The notes under the pieces are model-generated. The model was not told where the DNA came from. It ran no database searches and worked only from the letters and a program-made list of their open reading frames with translations. From NCBI RefSeq assembly GCF_009914755.1, contig NC_060933.1: a DNA stretch of 64,000 bases, one strand, 5' to 3'. This DNA comes from the human T2T-CHM13v2.0 reference genome, Homo sapiens. How positions within the stretch are numbered: the first letter of the stretch is position 1; every line of letters begins with the position of its first letter. A program made the position numbers and the translations under genes. Positions 1-17,420 of the stretch are shown in pieces.

Positions 1-1016
1 AAGGAAAATTGGGTAGAAAAATATATTAAAATATATATTAATCTATCAAATACTACACAAAGACAAGTCTTTAAATGGGTTGGGCAATATGCTGAAGTTG
101 ATCACCAGTAAAACGTTGAGTAACCCCTCCATAGAATTCCCATAGAAATCTCTTCCTTACCATAAACCTAAGATCATTGCTCTCTCTCACTACCACAGGG
201 ATGTGATTTTAGCATTTGTATCCAATTTACCGGTAGCCTAAGCCATCAGTGAGATATTTGGCATTCTGTATCTAAGCCTGTTCCCTCACCACCACACTTC
301 TTCATTTCTCTTGGTTCTATTCTATCTGTAGAAGACACTGAAAAGTGACGAGATGTGCTGTTGAAAATCTGTTTCAAAATCATACACTCATTGCTCACTA
401 AATATTAGCTCTTCAGTCCCCTGGAGGTACCTGGGATCAGTCTCTCCCGCCTCTCTATGTAGAAGAGGGAGGGGTACTCTGACTGTTGGGCAGTTGTATA
501 TTCTCTCGGTTTTCAAAAATGTCTACTAATTAAATGCCATTGGACATGTGCTCCTACTTCCTGTGGGGGATGAGACACTGTGTGACACAAAAGACAAAAT
601 GTCCTTTCTGTACGTTATTATGTCGCTTTGTTCATATTCTGTGACCCTACACATTTATAATGTCACCTTTACCTTTCATTATGTTCATACGTGCACACTA
701 TATTCTGAGACCCCTCATTTCATTGTTGATTTGTCCATTTCTGAACAAACAGCAGTTTTAATTATTTTAACTTCAGACTTTTCAGTACGAAAAGTCATAT
801 CTGATTTTTATCTTGCTTGAAAATGCTTCTTACTCGTATTCTCCTCAGGATGAAATTCCCCTCATCCCGATACTCAGTAACCTCATTCATTCCATCCATT
901 CCACCTGACTTTCTCCCCATCTATTAGCTCCTGCTGTATTCGTTTCTCATCTTATCAAGCTTAGGAAGAATATCGTCCATTATTTACCATTTCCTCTCTT
1001 GTATCATTAGTCAAAA

Positions 1017-1180
1017 CTGTGTTTCTCCAAGTGTGGTCCATGAAACTATTGCCTCTGAATTACCAGGGGTACTTGCTAAAATGCATATTCCTAGGCCCCA
1101 TTCAATCTGGAATGAATGAAGCTTGAAATCTGCAAATGGAATATGCGCCTCTGAAGTACATTATCATTTGATAGCTGCTT
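1017..1180 (+). mobile_element. MER5-type hAT-Charlie DNA transposon fragment
   Basis: gtgtttctccaagtgtggtcc...cttgctaaaatgcatattcctaggcccca resembles the MER5A/B consensus; boundaries approximate. Confidence 0.6.
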
Positions 1181-2689
1181 CCCTAGCCTCTCTGCCCATC
1201 GCATGGCATCACTCTCACAAACCCTGACTCAGGATGAACCTGCCTTTCTGCCTTCTTATGGCCTTTAACTAACTGGGGTGAGTGGTGTGACTGAACGAGC
1301 ATTCACCACAATCCACTTCAACAGGCTTCAAACACCACTGATAATCCTGATACAGAAGTCAGCATCTGCCACACATTCTCCCTATCAGCAGTGACCCAAG
1401 TGTTCAGTCCCAGCCAGTACCTCACTTCACTTATATTGAGTTTCCTTTAATGGGCCACTGTTGCTCTTTTCTCCCAATACTTGTGAGTCTGAGACACCCT
1501 AGTTTATCAAACATGTTCTAAATGGCACTGAAGCTCAAAGAGAAATGGTCTGGATGCCACTTCCCTTCTGCACAAATGGCTCTTTTATATCTCTATAAAT
1601 TTGCAAATGAAAAATAGATACTTCTAGAAGCAGGAGCAACCTCACTTATCAGACCATTGATAAGACAAACATAGTTACAACCATCCCCTGAACCATGCAT
1701 TGGGCACTTGCCTTATACCTGTTATCATGAGAGGTACTGTCCAAGTGGTTCATGCCAGAGAAAAAGAGAGTTTTCCCAATGTAAATGAAATTAACCTCTA
1801 AGGATTTAATACTTCTAGTAATTTCAAAATGATTTTAAAAAATTAAACTTCTTCTTTGCTCCTTAAATTTCCCTGTACCTCACACTATAAATGAGTGCAC
1901 AAGAAAGATAAAAAAAAAGATGGCACTAAAATTTTAGCTGTTATTTGGGAATGATGAAAACAGGAGTGATTTTTTAATTATTATTTTTACAAAGTAACAT
2001 TTATTAATTTTGTAATTAGAAGGAAGAAAGATAATATTTATTTCACAAATATGCTCCAACTTGAAAATGCTTTGAAGATGAGGGGTGAGGTCAGCAGCCC
2101 GCTGTGTCAGTAAGGTACTTCAGCCTTGGGTCCTGTACACACTTACAACAGCAGGAAAATCTGGTGCTTTGGGAAGAGGTGTCCACAGGGGCTAAGGCAC
2201 AAAATAAGAGGGCTGCATATGGACTGTGTGAAGTAATAAATTCCTGAAGGCCTGATTATTCTATGTATTTAATATTTAAAATTACCCATTCAAACATGGA
2301 AAAGACAATTTAGGGCCTTTATAACCAAAGAGGATAAGAATGATCTGTTCTCCTTAATGGAACCCCAGAGACTAGAATTTAACTATTTCCTGGCTCCATT
2401 CCACTTCTACCACCCCAATTTGAGTCTAGAACTCAAAGTACAATTCATCCAAGATTCTATGCACACGTACAAATCATCACATTTGTTTTACCTAGAAGTG
2501 TAATGGTAACTTAGTGTTGCAAGAAAAGCCCTATGTCTATTCAGAAAATGTTATTTATATTCTAATGGTACCAACCCCTCCCTTGACTTGGCTCTGTAAC
2601 CATTCTGGTAAAAAGGAGGAATTAAGGTAAATAAGAGGGATTACGGGTTGAAGATGGACAATCACTCAAAACTTGAAAAGAAAAAGTCA

Positions 2690-2830
2690 CTCCACTGCCT
2701 AAAGCACTTCAATGATTGCCCATTGCATTCAGAATAAAATTCAAGTTGCTTATCCTGACCTTTGAAGCCCTAAACCCTTCCATTCCTCTGCCTTTCTCAG
2801 TTTATCTTATGCCAGTCTCTCTCTATGCCA
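2690..2830 (+). mobile_element. L2 LINE fragment
   Basis: ttcaatgattgcccattgcattcagaataaaattcaag...tttgaagccct is a typical L2 3' region. Confidence 0.55.
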
Positions 2831-2988
2831 TCCTCATGGACATGAATAGTCTTCTTTGGTCTGAAGATTATTCGTGGTTGCTTTATATACTGCTTAATAA
2901 TAAGAAGACATTTGCCCCCTTTGAATTCCAAATAAGATAAAAGAAGTGGCTGGATGTTATCACAAGTACAACATTTCTGTTTGGGAAG

Positions 2989-3365
2989 TATGGAATACTT
3001 CTCAGCCATAAAAAAGAATGAAATTATATTTTTTGCAGCAATATGGATGGAACTGGAGGCCATTATCTTAAGTGATATAACTCAGAAACAGAAATTCAAA
3101 GACTGCATGTTCTCACTTATAAGTGAGAGATAAGTAATATGTACCCATGGACATGAAAAGTGGAATAGACATTGAAGACTCATTGGAGATTTTGGAGACT
3201 CCAGTAGACACTGGAAGGGTGAGAGGGAAGTGAGGGATGAGAAATTACCTGAAAGGTACACTGTACACTATTTGGGTGATGGGTACACTAAATGCTGAGG
3301 TTTCACCAGCACACAATATATCCATGTAACAAAACTGCACTTGTACCCCCAAGTCTATTTTTAAA
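2989..3365 (+). mobile_element. L1MA-type LINE-1 3' end
   Basis: gccataaaaaagaatgaaat...tggatggaactggaggccattatc...catgtaacaaaactgcacttgtacccc matches the L1 ORF2 end/3'UTR. Confidence 0.85.
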
Positions 3366-3541
3366 AGTGATTAAAATCCATATGTTCTCCCCAACCAGCA
3401 TTTGCCAGAACAATGGTCCCCATGCGCCTGCAGGGACTTGACCAACTATTAGGGCAAAGGCCTGCTACTTATCTACTTCCATGGTGAAGAAAACCACAAC
3501 AGCTTTGGTGACCAAGAATGTGGAATCCTTTGAGGAACCTC

Positions 3542-4030
3542 TGCTAGGGTCCAACCTGCAGACCCTGACCCAGCGATGGATGAATGAAGTACACTGACAC
3601 ACAGATATTCTGCTTTGCCAGTCCAGCTGAGTGTCTGAGCCACCTACAGACTCCCAGGAGAGTACTGTAAACAGTTGCAACTCCTCGATCAGTCAGTGAG
3701 ACTTGCATTTATTTAGTAAAGATTAATTGACAAAGGTCATAGGAAAACACCATTAGAGGGTAATTGACATTGTGGACTTCCTGAGTAGAAAGGAATTAAG
3801 CACCCAGGGTACATCAAAGGTTAGTCTTAGGAAAACAAGTTAGTTAGATAAACTACTCTACATTATTTTGTATTTGTGCCTTAAGCTCTCTAGCTCCTGC
3901 AAAGAGACTCTGGCTGCCTTCAGCCAGACAATCAGAAGCTATGCAAACTCTCAGGCTTTCCAAGAGAGTTTGTGGCTATTACTATAACTATCATTAATAT
4001 TTTTCCAACTGGCCTGATTGAACCCCCACA
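3542..4030 (-). mobile_element. Solo LTR, LTR22-like (HERV-K HML-5)
   Basis: Minus strand starts tgtgggggttcaatcaggcc and ends ...ccctagca; flanked by near-perfect 6-bp TSD aacctc/aaactc. Confidence 0.75.
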
Positions 4031-4668
4031 AAACTCAACTTCAGCAGAGAGCTGGAAGCAGGGTAAGGAACTGCAGTTGCCATTGCAATTCATTGAGAAT
4101 AAAGAGAAACTAAAGGGACTTCAAACTCATTTGAATAACCTTAGTCTCTTTGTGTCGTAGAATATTCTTAAAATACTTTCAAGATAAATAATGATATGAC
4201 TCACAGAGGGAAAAGATCTGTCATTTTGGAGACCTTAAAATACTTGATTTTTAAAAATGTGTGCATTTTACTTACCCTTGTGATATAAAGTACTAAGATT
4301 TCACAGGGGTTGTGTAAAAATGTGCATTTTATATTCAGAGAAAAGGCTGCAAGCACAGAGATGTCACTTCAGGGATTCAGTTTCTAGTTGTTATCTTATT
4401 GTCAATCCTTTCAGCTTGGTCATCTCTATATCCCCACACACCAGCTCATTAAAGTAAGATATTTGCTATGTTTTATGTATAATATAGAGAAAAGCAGACA
4501 TCACTTTCCATAACTCATATGTTTCTGAAATGATATGTACTCTTTGTAAGACTCAGAAATCATCCCTCTCTGCTTACCTAATTAAAAAGTAGAAAATCAA
4601 ATATTTCTGGTATGATGCTGCTTTTCACCATTTTAAATATGACTAGAAAAGGCTTGCATGCACCTTAC

Positions 4669-5078
4669 TGTAGAAATAAAGGTAGACTACCCACATGAGA
4701 ACAGGTGATTAATTCAAAGTTTGGGAGTGGGAAAGCTTTAGAGTGAGCAAAAAACGGGAGGGAAAGCGTGGGGGAAGGCTTCAAGTATGCTCTGATTGCA
4801 TGTAGTTGGCAAGGGGAAGTTGGAAGTAGGTTAACTAGAAGCAGAGTATCTTATGTGGTTGGTTTGGGGAACATATTTTGCTTTATTTGGTTGGTTCTAA
4901 GTTGGAAACAAGGCAAAATAGGGAAGCTAACAGTCATTAATGATATCCTGGACCATTTGGGACCAATCACTGCCAATGATGTGGTTTGGCTTCCTGGACT
5001 GGTGGCTTCAGAGATTGTGAATCAGAATTCTATTGTCATATCATCTGACCACTATTCATTTGAATATTTATCCTCTCA
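4669..5078 (-). mobile_element. 3' LTR of the provirus (MER90-like, family uncertain)
   Basis: Shares blocks with 12770-13243 (agaaataaagg, gggaaagcttta, cagtcatt, cagagattgtg, tattgtc); TG...CA termini. Confidence 0.75.
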
Positions 5079-5224
5079 GCCCCCCATTATGGTCATTCTC
5101 TTACGAGAGATTGACCAATTCAGGGGCAGCTAGAAACCCACATCTTCACCACTGTGATATTGCCGAGTGGTCTCCATTACAAACTATATTGTGAGGTCTT
5201 GACTTTTTGTTGTTGTGTCAGCAC

Positions 5225-5660
5225 TGAGATGTGAGGTCAGTTGGACTTCCTGGGTCCAGTGGGGACCTGGGGAACTTTCCTTTCTTACAAGAGGATTGTA
5301 TAAAGCACCAATCAGCACTCTGTAAAATGCACCAATCAGCACTCTGTAAAATGCACCAATCAGCAGATTCTAAAAGTAGCCAATTGCCCAGAGGATTGAA
5401 AAAAGGGCATTCTGACAGGACAGGAACAGAATATGGGAGGGGCCAATAAGGGAATAAAAGCTGGCCACCCCAGCCACCAGTGGCAATCAGCTCCCCCTTC
5501 CATGCTGTGGAAGCTTTGCTCTTCACAATAAACCTTGCTAGTGCTCAGTTTGGTTCTGTGCCATCTTTAAGAGCTGTAACAGTCACAGCGAAGGTCTGTG
5601 GCTTTATTCTTGAAGTCAGCGAGACCATGAACCCACCAGTAGGAACCAACTCCGGACACA
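5225..5660 (+). mobile_element. LTR12F-like solo LTR (HERV9)
   Basis: Tandem gcaccaatcagcactctgtaaaat CCAAT repeats, aataaa, ends ctccggacaca. Confidence 0.85.
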
Positions 5661-5779
5661 GTATGGCAATGATCTCTGGTGAGAACAGCTGCCCAGTAGA
5701 ATGTAAGACTTGGCAGAGGTTGTGATGGACCTGCATCATGGCAGGTATGACCAAAGTGTTGCACGTTTTGTAGTTCCGT

Positions 5780-6637
5780 GTGCAGGGTGGAATGGCGCCC
5801 AGCGGCTTTTTCTCCCCTGTTGCTTGGCGAGTGAGAGGGAGGGTTACAGTGTTACAGGATTCGTTCAGTGCCGCTTCACCAGCTGGAAATCTCTGTGGCT
5901 GCACTGACTTCTGTTCCGGCCCTTGCTCAGGCCTGCCGGGTTGCTCTGCCCACTTGGCCCAGCAGGCTGCGCTTGGCTCACATTACTGGCCCAGATCCTG
6001 TGGTCAGTGTGGCTGCGTGCTCAGCTCGTAGCTGGACTGGGCATGCTGCAATTGGCTTCCATATTGGGCGCTGGTATCTAGATGAAGGGGAGGTGGTGGC
6101 GCCGGAATACTTGGAGATGACAGCAACTACAAAGCCCCAAAGGGTGTTACAGCTTTTGCTTGGGGAGTCCTGAGGTCTGAGCCCCCCGGAAATGTTACAG
6201 TTCTCTCTGGTTCCTGCTGCCTGCAGCTCAGTGAACAGGGGTGCGTTACATCTCCTTTGTTACTGCCACCCGCAGCTTCGGGAGTTCCCACAACCAACAA
6301 GAATAAGGTGTGTGGACAGCAGAGAGTCAGAAAGGCAGAGAATAATTTTATTGAGCGACAGAAAAGCTCTCAACACAAGAGGGGACCTGAAGTGGGTAGA
6401 CTTCTGTGTGAAAGGGGGCCTGAAAGCCGGCAGCCATCTGTGTAGCTGAGTATAGGATTTTTAAGGGCTCAGAATGGAGGAGTGCATGCTGATTGGGCCG
6501 GGGGTGGTCTTGGAAAAATCACCATTTATTGGTTAAAAGGCATAGAGGATGTTCTCACTCCGGTTGTGGACTCTACCTAGAACTGGCAGTTGGGTTTTCA
6601 GGGGTCAGGCTGTCTTTGGCTTAAAGGTCGGGTTTCA
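5780..6637 (-). mobile_element. MER52-family LTR nested in the provirus
   Basis: GC-rich U5 with gtgttacag repeats, ttttattgagcg poly(A) signal on minus strand, gggctcagaatggaggagtgcatgctgattgg block. Confidence 0.7.
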
Positions 6638-6779
6638 AAAACAAAAATAATCACTAGTCCCTATAAAATGTTACAGAAGCAGAAATTCTAATTTTCCACC
6701 CCAGACCAAGAGAACATATAGGCCACAGACCATGAAGATCTGCCTTAGAATGGCAATTATCTTTTTTCCATAAGGAAAT

Positions 6780-6960
6780 GTGAGATGTAGAGCCTGTTTT
6801 ACTTTGCCTGTTTCGTTGATTCAAATATAGTGAGAAGTATTAGCAATAACACAGAGCTACCATGAGTAGCCAACAAGAAATCTAGAGAAATATGGTTATT
6901 ATTACTTGTAATAATAGAGACAATGTCATTAATAACTTCTGCCAGAGTTATTGGTGATGA
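6780..6960 (-). pseudogene. ERV env TM remnant (immunosuppressive domain)
   Basis: ORF 6799-7005 contains NNHISLDFLLATHG (ISD-like); the shifted frame reads CVIANTSHYI*INETGKV, a degenerate CX6CC region. Confidence 0.7.
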
Positions 6961-7217
6961 AACTATTGGTGATGGTTTTCTTACAGTTTTTTTCTGTTTG
7001 TACAATTCTCACTCTGATTATTCACACAGTGAGTCAGTAACTCCCCCAGGTAGACTGCCTGAATAATCAAGGGTGGCCGCATTTGGAAGCTCCAGTCTGA
7101 GGTGGAATTTCCAGACTTCCGTTTGGAAACTGGGGTTGGCCCACTGATATTTTATAATGGCCTATCTGAATCCTTAGAAACTTCTCCTTTGAAGATTTAC
7201 AGAAGACAATAACTTTA

Positions 7218-7595
<378 letters not shown>

Positions 7596-7679
7596 TTAGT
7601 TTTTCTATTACCTTCTTTCTTTGTATGGGCCTCAACCTTAAAATAGCCAACTCTAGAAAGTAGAGTGCCTTAACTTATT

Positions 7680-9838
<2,159 letters not shown>

Positions 9839-10053
9839 TAATTCTATTTGAAAATTAAGTCACTCCCCATTAAATTTGCAAGAGTGTTATAATAGAGCAG
9901 GGAGAAATGTTTTTAAGTCAAGTACCCAAAGGTTGTAGTTACAGTAGGAGATAGAAGGAATCTGTGGGTTATTTGAGATACCTGCTACTTGCTTCCTATG
10001 AGGAAAATGTTGAGCAAAATTGCCAGGGTTTAATGTAGAAAGAGTTAGTGCCT

Positions 10054-10370
10054 GGCTGGGCATGGTGGCTCACACCTGTAATCCCAGCACTTTGGGGGGG
10101 CCAAGGCAGGCAGATCACCTGAGGTCAGGAGTTCTAGAGCAGCCTGACCAACATGGCAAAACCCCATCTCTACTAAAAATACAAAAAAAAAAAAAAAAAA
10201 AAAGCAGGTTATCATGGTGCATGCCTGTAGTCCCAGTTACTCAGGAGGCTGAGGCAGGAGAATCACTTGAACCCAGGAAGCGGTTGCAGTGAACCGAGAT
10301 TGTGCCAATGCACTGCAGCCTCAGTGACAGAGTAAGACTCCATCTCAAAACAAAAAAAGAAAGAAAGAAA
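10054..10370 (+). mobile_element. AluS inserted in the ERV protease active-site codons
   Basis: TSD agaaagagt(t)ag(t/c)gcc; removing the Alu restores NMGATLSTLNP (DTGA-like) on minus strand. Confidence 0.88.
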
Positions 10371-10499
10371 AGAAAGAGTAGCGCCCATATTGCCAGGAAT
10401 TGCTGAGGTTGGCCACCTATATTTATGGTTAATTCACCTTGAATGTTAAATTTTAAATCGGGATATTGGGTACCTTCATTGATGTAAATTAAGGGGTCT

Positions 10500-11760
10500 T
10501 TTGGTCTTATTTTTACTGGAAAATCATTTTTCAGGTGTCCCTTCTGTTTTCAATATCTGCAGGTGTCCTCTTCTATGGGTCGTCCACTCAACTGTTTGAT
10601 CTGCAGGGCCGTAAGGTTATTCTGGATCCTGTCTTGTTATTGTCCTAGGGCTCTGCAAAAATGTCAGCCAGGTGTTGAAGTTCAGGTAAAGTGGCTATTT
10701 CCCATTCTAATTTTGATCTAATTATTGTCTCCAATTTCAGGTTTAATTCCATTAACAAAGTAGGTAAAAGAGCCATTATTACACTTACACTTCTTTAACA
10801 CTCAAATGTTGTTGAAAGGGGTTTTCTAGTTTATTCTGAAAATCTCCTATAATTTCTTCTTTTCTTTATTTACATCATTAAATTGTGGTCCATTTTATTT
10901 TTACTAGAAATGTTTCAAGTAAGGCTTTTAGGATACATTGCCCTACTTTTTGAGCCTCCTTTTGGCCCTCAGGCTTATTGTGGAAAGAAAGATGCTGTAG
11001 ATCTCTGTCCCGGTGAATCCAACTGGCTTTTGCCATCAGGATTTAATGTCTGAGGATCTACAAACATAAATACAAGTTGATATAGTTCAGGTAACCCTGA
11101 GTTGTGTACAGCTAAAAGAATTTAGAATTCTGAACTCCTTTGGGAAATGCTTAGTCATAGCTTTTAATTCAGCTCGTGTTCAAGGTTTAAATTCTACTGC
11201 TGCTTGCGTATTTGGGTCATTGAAGAGATGGAACTTTAGAGGTAAATGACATTCCGGGATCTTAGGAGAGTCACTGGGAGAAGGTAGGGGGTCTGGAAGA
11301 AGAGGGAGGAGTCAATGAGGTGTGAAAGGAGGATGGGGGAATGAGGAAGAGTTGCAGAGCTGAAGTCAACTGGAGGAGAAGCCGGGGGAAGATTTGCTGG
11401 GCAAATGAGTTAGTTTGTTGTTAAGTTTGTCATACTGTTCATTAGCTCTGGCCAAAAAATATTTTAACGGAGTAATGTCTGAATCAGAATTTCATTTGAA
11501 AACTTGTGTACCAATCAAAAACTGCTGCCCATTGCCCCTGAGAAATATTCTCTCTTTTCTAAGGTGTTTTTCAAATGAACAATTTTGTTCAAGTCCAGTG
11601 TTCTCCAGATTAGCCACTGAAGGCCTAAATTATCCTTGGTATAGAGATGGGTGCAAGTGCTAGGATCATAGCAAGGGTACATATAAGAAATGGGAGATTT
11701 TCCTGGAGGAAAAAAAGGAAAAGAGGATGTACACTCAGAAAATTCCATGGGAGCTGGCAA
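10500..11760 (-). pseudogene. ERV gag remnant
   Basis: Lies between pro and PBS; FKP*TRAELKAMTKHFPK capsid-like motif near 11140-11190; Pro-rich segment 11270-11400. Confidence 0.55.
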
Positions 11761-12413
11761 TGGTCAGTTGAAAGTAATATTTGTGCACTTTATGTCTTAG
11801 GCCCCCAACCTGATAGTTGGCAACCTCCAAATGCAGACTTGACAACTTGTGCCCACAGGCAAATGGAAAACCAGAATATTCCCTCTGCATCAAATCCAAC
11901 CTCTCAGGGCCAAAAAAAAAAAAAAAAAAAAAAAAAGATGAACCTTATCCCATTTTATTGGTGACTGACAGGAAAGTTTAGGAAAGTTTGTCCAGATGGA
12001 TGCTGGTTTGGTAAGAATTGCAGCTCATCAGTTGTGGAGCAAGCTGAGACACTCTTAGAGGAGCAATGCCTGTGTTCTGCACTGATTCTCCTTCTGATAA
12101 CAGACAACACTTTAGACTTATCTCACAAAACAGAAGCACAAAAGAGAACAAAAAGGAATGAAAAGAAATGGCAGTATTTTTCCAAAGGTGCCAAACAAAT
12201 GGGAATTGGTAGCAAAAGCTGAGTACCAAGCTGAGAGTCAATAACCAAGGATCTCAATACAAAGAGAACAGAGTTGAAGCCCAATTCTGTTCTCTCACAG
12301 ACACTGTGTCAACACAGACTTGACAGGCCTCAAGAAGCAAGGCACAAGAGGCCTCCATAGATACTGCACTTGATCAGGGTCCAAAGTCCATGGTGATGAG
12401 CAGTTAAGAATGT

Positions 12414-12431
12414 GTCTCAGTGGAGCTTCTA
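12414..12431 (-). promoter_or_regulatory. Degenerate primer binding site (tRNA-Gln-like)
   Basis: tagaagctccactgagac matches 13/18 of TGGAGGTTCCACCGAGAT; adjacent to the 5' LTR end once the Alu is removed. Confidence 0.55.
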
Positions 12432-12440
12432 GGAAAATTA

Positions 12441-13243
<803 letters not shown>

Positions 13244-14663
13244 TTACTTAAAGGTATACAAATGGCTAGGCTTCTCACTTCAGTTCTTCATGTACAAGCT
13301 CCTTTTAGAGGTTTCTGCACTAAACTATTGTAAAAAAAAAAAAGAAAAAAAAAAGGCCAACTCCATTTATCCAATGTCAACCTTGACGTTAAGAATGATG
13401 AATGTGGCAGCTGTTTCCTTCTGTTATTGATCTTTTTACTGACCCTTCCCATTGTGCTTTGTCAATGACTGAGTATCTTCCCTGGACCACTCTTATCTGA
13501 AGTCGTCCTCATCTCTCAGGGATTTTCAGCACCATCTGTCAGCCAGGCACTGTGACTCTGTCGTCAGTGACCATTTTTATTGACTTTTGTCTCTTTCTGG
13601 CCTTTCCATGGTGCCTTGGCCTTAAATGTCCTGCTAATTAGCTCAGTGGTGATTACAGTGCTGGTTTTGAGAGCACCCTGTTGTTTTTTCTTATCTAGGA
13701 GAATTTTTTTTCTCTCTTTATCTGGAAATATTACCTTGCTGGCTATGCTGACTTAGGTCATTGACATCAGATCAGTGTTCTAAATCTGATCCTAGTATTC
13801 CCATCTACAATCTTCCCACACAAGCCAAGGGAAGAGACACACTTGATTAAAACCTTGCACTCTCTTTCCTATTTGGCTATTTTTTCTCCTCTTGGAGAAA
13901 GAGTTTCCCCAAAATACTATATGAAGTGTTATTTTGTAAGCCTACTTAACTTAGTTTTATATACTGTGCACAAACTTTACATATAATTTGAATAGGCTCA
14001 GTTTTTTGTTACTGTTTTTTTAGTTTTTCACCAAATTTTATATGACAGACTATTTAAGCTAAATAATTTGTTATAGTTAGAAGACTGTTTTCTCATTTAC
14101 ATACCAAAATCTACCAAAATGAATTTATTACACTTAAGAATTTTTGTTAATTACGATTATCACTTCTGTAAAATAAAATAAATCTAAGAATTTTATGAGC
14201 AAAGCTTTTTCAAGTCTACTATTTAGTTTAGCAATTATTCTAAATATCAATCTCAAAATTAGAGTAAGGGATTTCCCCTTTTAGGAAAAGATATCAATAA
14301 TTATATAGTAAAAATTTAAAATTAAGATACAGACATTTATTCTGTGTTGGATCCCAAATATCTCATTAGAGAATGATCTTCTCTCATTGTCTGCTATTTT
14401 CTAAAATACAGGAAGATATAAAGTATAAATCTGATTTTTTTTCTACCAGAAGTTAAAGAACATAGAATATATTTGGTATGATTAACTGGGAGTTTGTATT
14501 TCCTCTGCAATCTAGAAATATTATTATTTTAAATATCTGCAATATTATTTATTTTAAAAGTTTTTAGTTTGAAAAGACATTTCTGAAAGCCCCAAATCTG
14601 TGAGCATTTGCTACTACAAAATTTTTAATTGTAAGCAATTGAGAGAGAAAAGTCCTCGAATTT

Positions 14664-14969
14664 GGCCAAGCGCGGTGTCTCACACCTCTAATCCCAGCAC
14701 TTTGGGAGGCTGAGGTGAGCGGATCACGAGGTCAGGAGATCGAGACCATCCTGGCTAACAGGATGAAACTCCGTCTCTACTGAAAATACAAAAAATTGGC
14801 CAGGTGTGGTGGCGGGCACCTGTAGTCCCACTACTCAGGAGGCTGAGGCAGGAGAATGGCGTGAGCCCGGTAGGCAGAGCTTGCAGTGAGCCGAGATCGC
14901 GCCACTGCACTCCAGCCTAGGTGACAGAGCGAGACTCCATCTCAAAAATGAAAAAATAAATAAATAAAA
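14664..14969 (+). mobile_element. AluY
   Basis: TSD aaagtcct(c/t)gaattt. Confidence 0.93.
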
Positions 14970-16308
14970 GTCCTTGAATTTATGCAAATGACATAGCAAT
15001 CACTTCAACTCTTAAATAATCTAACCATCATGAGATAAGAGAATGGATTTTTTTCTACTCGTTTGTATCTTGTCTTTTTGAAAGAGACTACTTGTTAATA
15101 ATATGCTTCTGACAAAACAAAAACTAAGGAAAGTGTATGATACAGGCCTGAGTCTCTCTCCTCAAGTTCAGTTTTTAAAAATAAAGTATAATCAGGGATA
15201 ACGTAGCCTCTACTTGTAAAGGAAGGCTGGCTTTATGTATTAATGAAATAGGCAGCTTCTTACACGATGTGATTTCAACAGAGCCAGGAAGTATGTCTTA
15301 TCTTTAAATAACTCCCTAAATAACTCCTTCTAACACCAATATCTGAAATGTTGTGACTGATTTCTTTCTGTCCTGCCCTGAAGTTCTTTCCTGACTGCAA
15401 AGAACAGCACATTTTGAATGTTTCAAACTGTCATACATGTTCTCTCCAGAAGAGTGGAGTGATGCCCCACCAGACATTCTAAGTCACAGGATAACATGAC
15501 ATATTCCATGATTGTCAGTTTTACCATGTGGCAAGTAGTTAAAAAGACGAAGTTTATAGTTCCAAGAACACAAACTATGTTATGGAATAGGACTAAACAC
15601 AAGGAGTAAAGTAGTCCCTTGTTTTTGCTTTAGGTTACTCACCTTGCTATCAGTAATTGTATTCACTGAAGTATTGAGGAACACATTAACGTTGGTTTCA
15701 GATTTGTTGACTTTAGGTTCCACATCTGAAGTATGTTGGCACTTTGACCTTGCATAATTCAAAGTCATGTCTCTGCACCACTGTTTCATTCTATATAAAG
15801 TGATTGACAATAATAGTTATCCCACCCAAGTTGGACTTCCATTTCTGTCAATTGGCCAAACTGGGTTTCCTAAAAAGCCTTGTAGCGCTACAAAATATCA
15901 GAAAATTATATCAAGTCTACTTTTAAGTAAATGTGAAGCTCTCAAGGAAGCCCTGATGGCAATCCAGAAATAGATAAAAGCAGTACAGGAGCTACAGTTG
16001 CCTGGGGAACAGAAACTGACCTGGGTTACCCAGAGTTTGGGGTATTAACAACTACTCAGGGGAAAGTAAAAGTAGGCCTTGGACACATAAAATGTTGGGA
16101 AGGCTGAGCCAGACTTCTTGCATATAGCCGAGTCACAATAGGCTAAGAACATGAATTTAGGAAGGAAAGCAAAAAAATCTACAAGCAGTATGAAAAAAAA
16201 ATCTCCAACACCTTGATACATTTTAATGAATCATCAGATGACAAAGAAATATACAAATTCTTGAAAGTGCCAGAGACAAATCAGAGATTCCTAGAGTGAA
16301 AAGAATGT

Positions 16309-17420
16309 CCACCTTTTAATGGGGTTGTTTTTTTCTTGTAAATTTGTTTAAGTTCCCTGTAGATGCTGGATATTAGACCTTTGTCAGATGGATAGATTGC
16401 AAAATTTTTCTCCCATTCTGTAGCTTGTCTGTTCACTCTGATGACGGTTTCTTTTGCTATACAGAAGCTCTTTAGTTTAATTAGATCCCATTTGTCAATT
16501 TTTGCTTTTGTTGCATTGCTTTTGGCATCTTCATCATGAAATATTTGCCCATACCTGTGTCCTGAATGGTATTGACTAGGTTTTCTTTTAGGTTTTTTAT
16601 AATTTTGGGTTATACATTTAAGTCTTTAACCCATCTTGTGTTGATTTTTCTATACGGTCCATTTTCTGCATATGGCTAGCCAGAGTTCTCCCAGCACCAT
16701 TTATTAAATAGGGAATCCTTTCCCCATTGCTTGTTTTTGTCAGGTTTCTTGAAGATTAGATGGCTATAAGTCTGTGGTCTTAGTTCTGGGTTATCGTTTC
16801 TGTTCCCTTGGTCTATGTGTCTGTTCTTGTACCTGTACCATGCTGTTTTGGTTACTGTAGCCTTATAGTATAGTTTGAAGTCAGGTAGTGTGATGCCTCC
16901 AGCTTTGTGTTTTTTGCTCAGGATTGTTGTGGATATTTGGGCTTTTTTTTTTTTGGTTCTATGTGAATTTTAAAATAGTTTTTTTAATTCTGTGAAGAAT
17001 ATCAATGATAGTTTAATGGGAATAGCATTGAATCTATAAATTGTTTTAGGCAGTATGGCCATTTTCATGATATTGTTTTTTTCTTATCTGTGGGCATGAA
17101 ATGTTTTTTCATTTTTTGGTGTCATCTCTGATTTCTTTGAGCAATGTTTTGTAGCTCTCTTTGTAGAGGTCTTTCAGCTCCCTGATTAGCTGTATTCCTA
17201 GGTATTTTATTCTTTTGTGGCAATTGTGAATGGGAGTTCATTTGTGATTTGGCTCTTGGCTTGCCTGTTGTTGGTGTATAGGAATGCTAGTAATTTTTGC
17301 ACATCGATTTTGTATCCTGAGACTTCGCTGAAGTTGCTTCTCAGCTTAAGAAGCTTTTGGGCTGAGATGATGGCATTTTCTAGATATAGGATTATGTCAT
17401 CTGCAAACAGAAATAGTTTC
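16309..17420 (-). mobile_element. L1 (old L1PA/L1PB) ORF2 fragment
   Basis: ORF 17207-17488 [23 protein letters not shown]...SGYKI is L1 RT; typical L1 antisense sequence. Confidence 0.92.

Noticed and set aside
5305-5365. Regular gcaccaatcagc repeats resembling a CRISPR-like array
   Set aside because: Standard LTR12 CCAAT (NF-Y) tandem repeats with identical spacers
15580-15810. ORF resembling a coding exon (RDMTL..., or HDFELCKVKVPTY in another frame)
   Set aside because: No convincing match to CNTNAP or any family I recognise; kept only as a candidate non-coding exon
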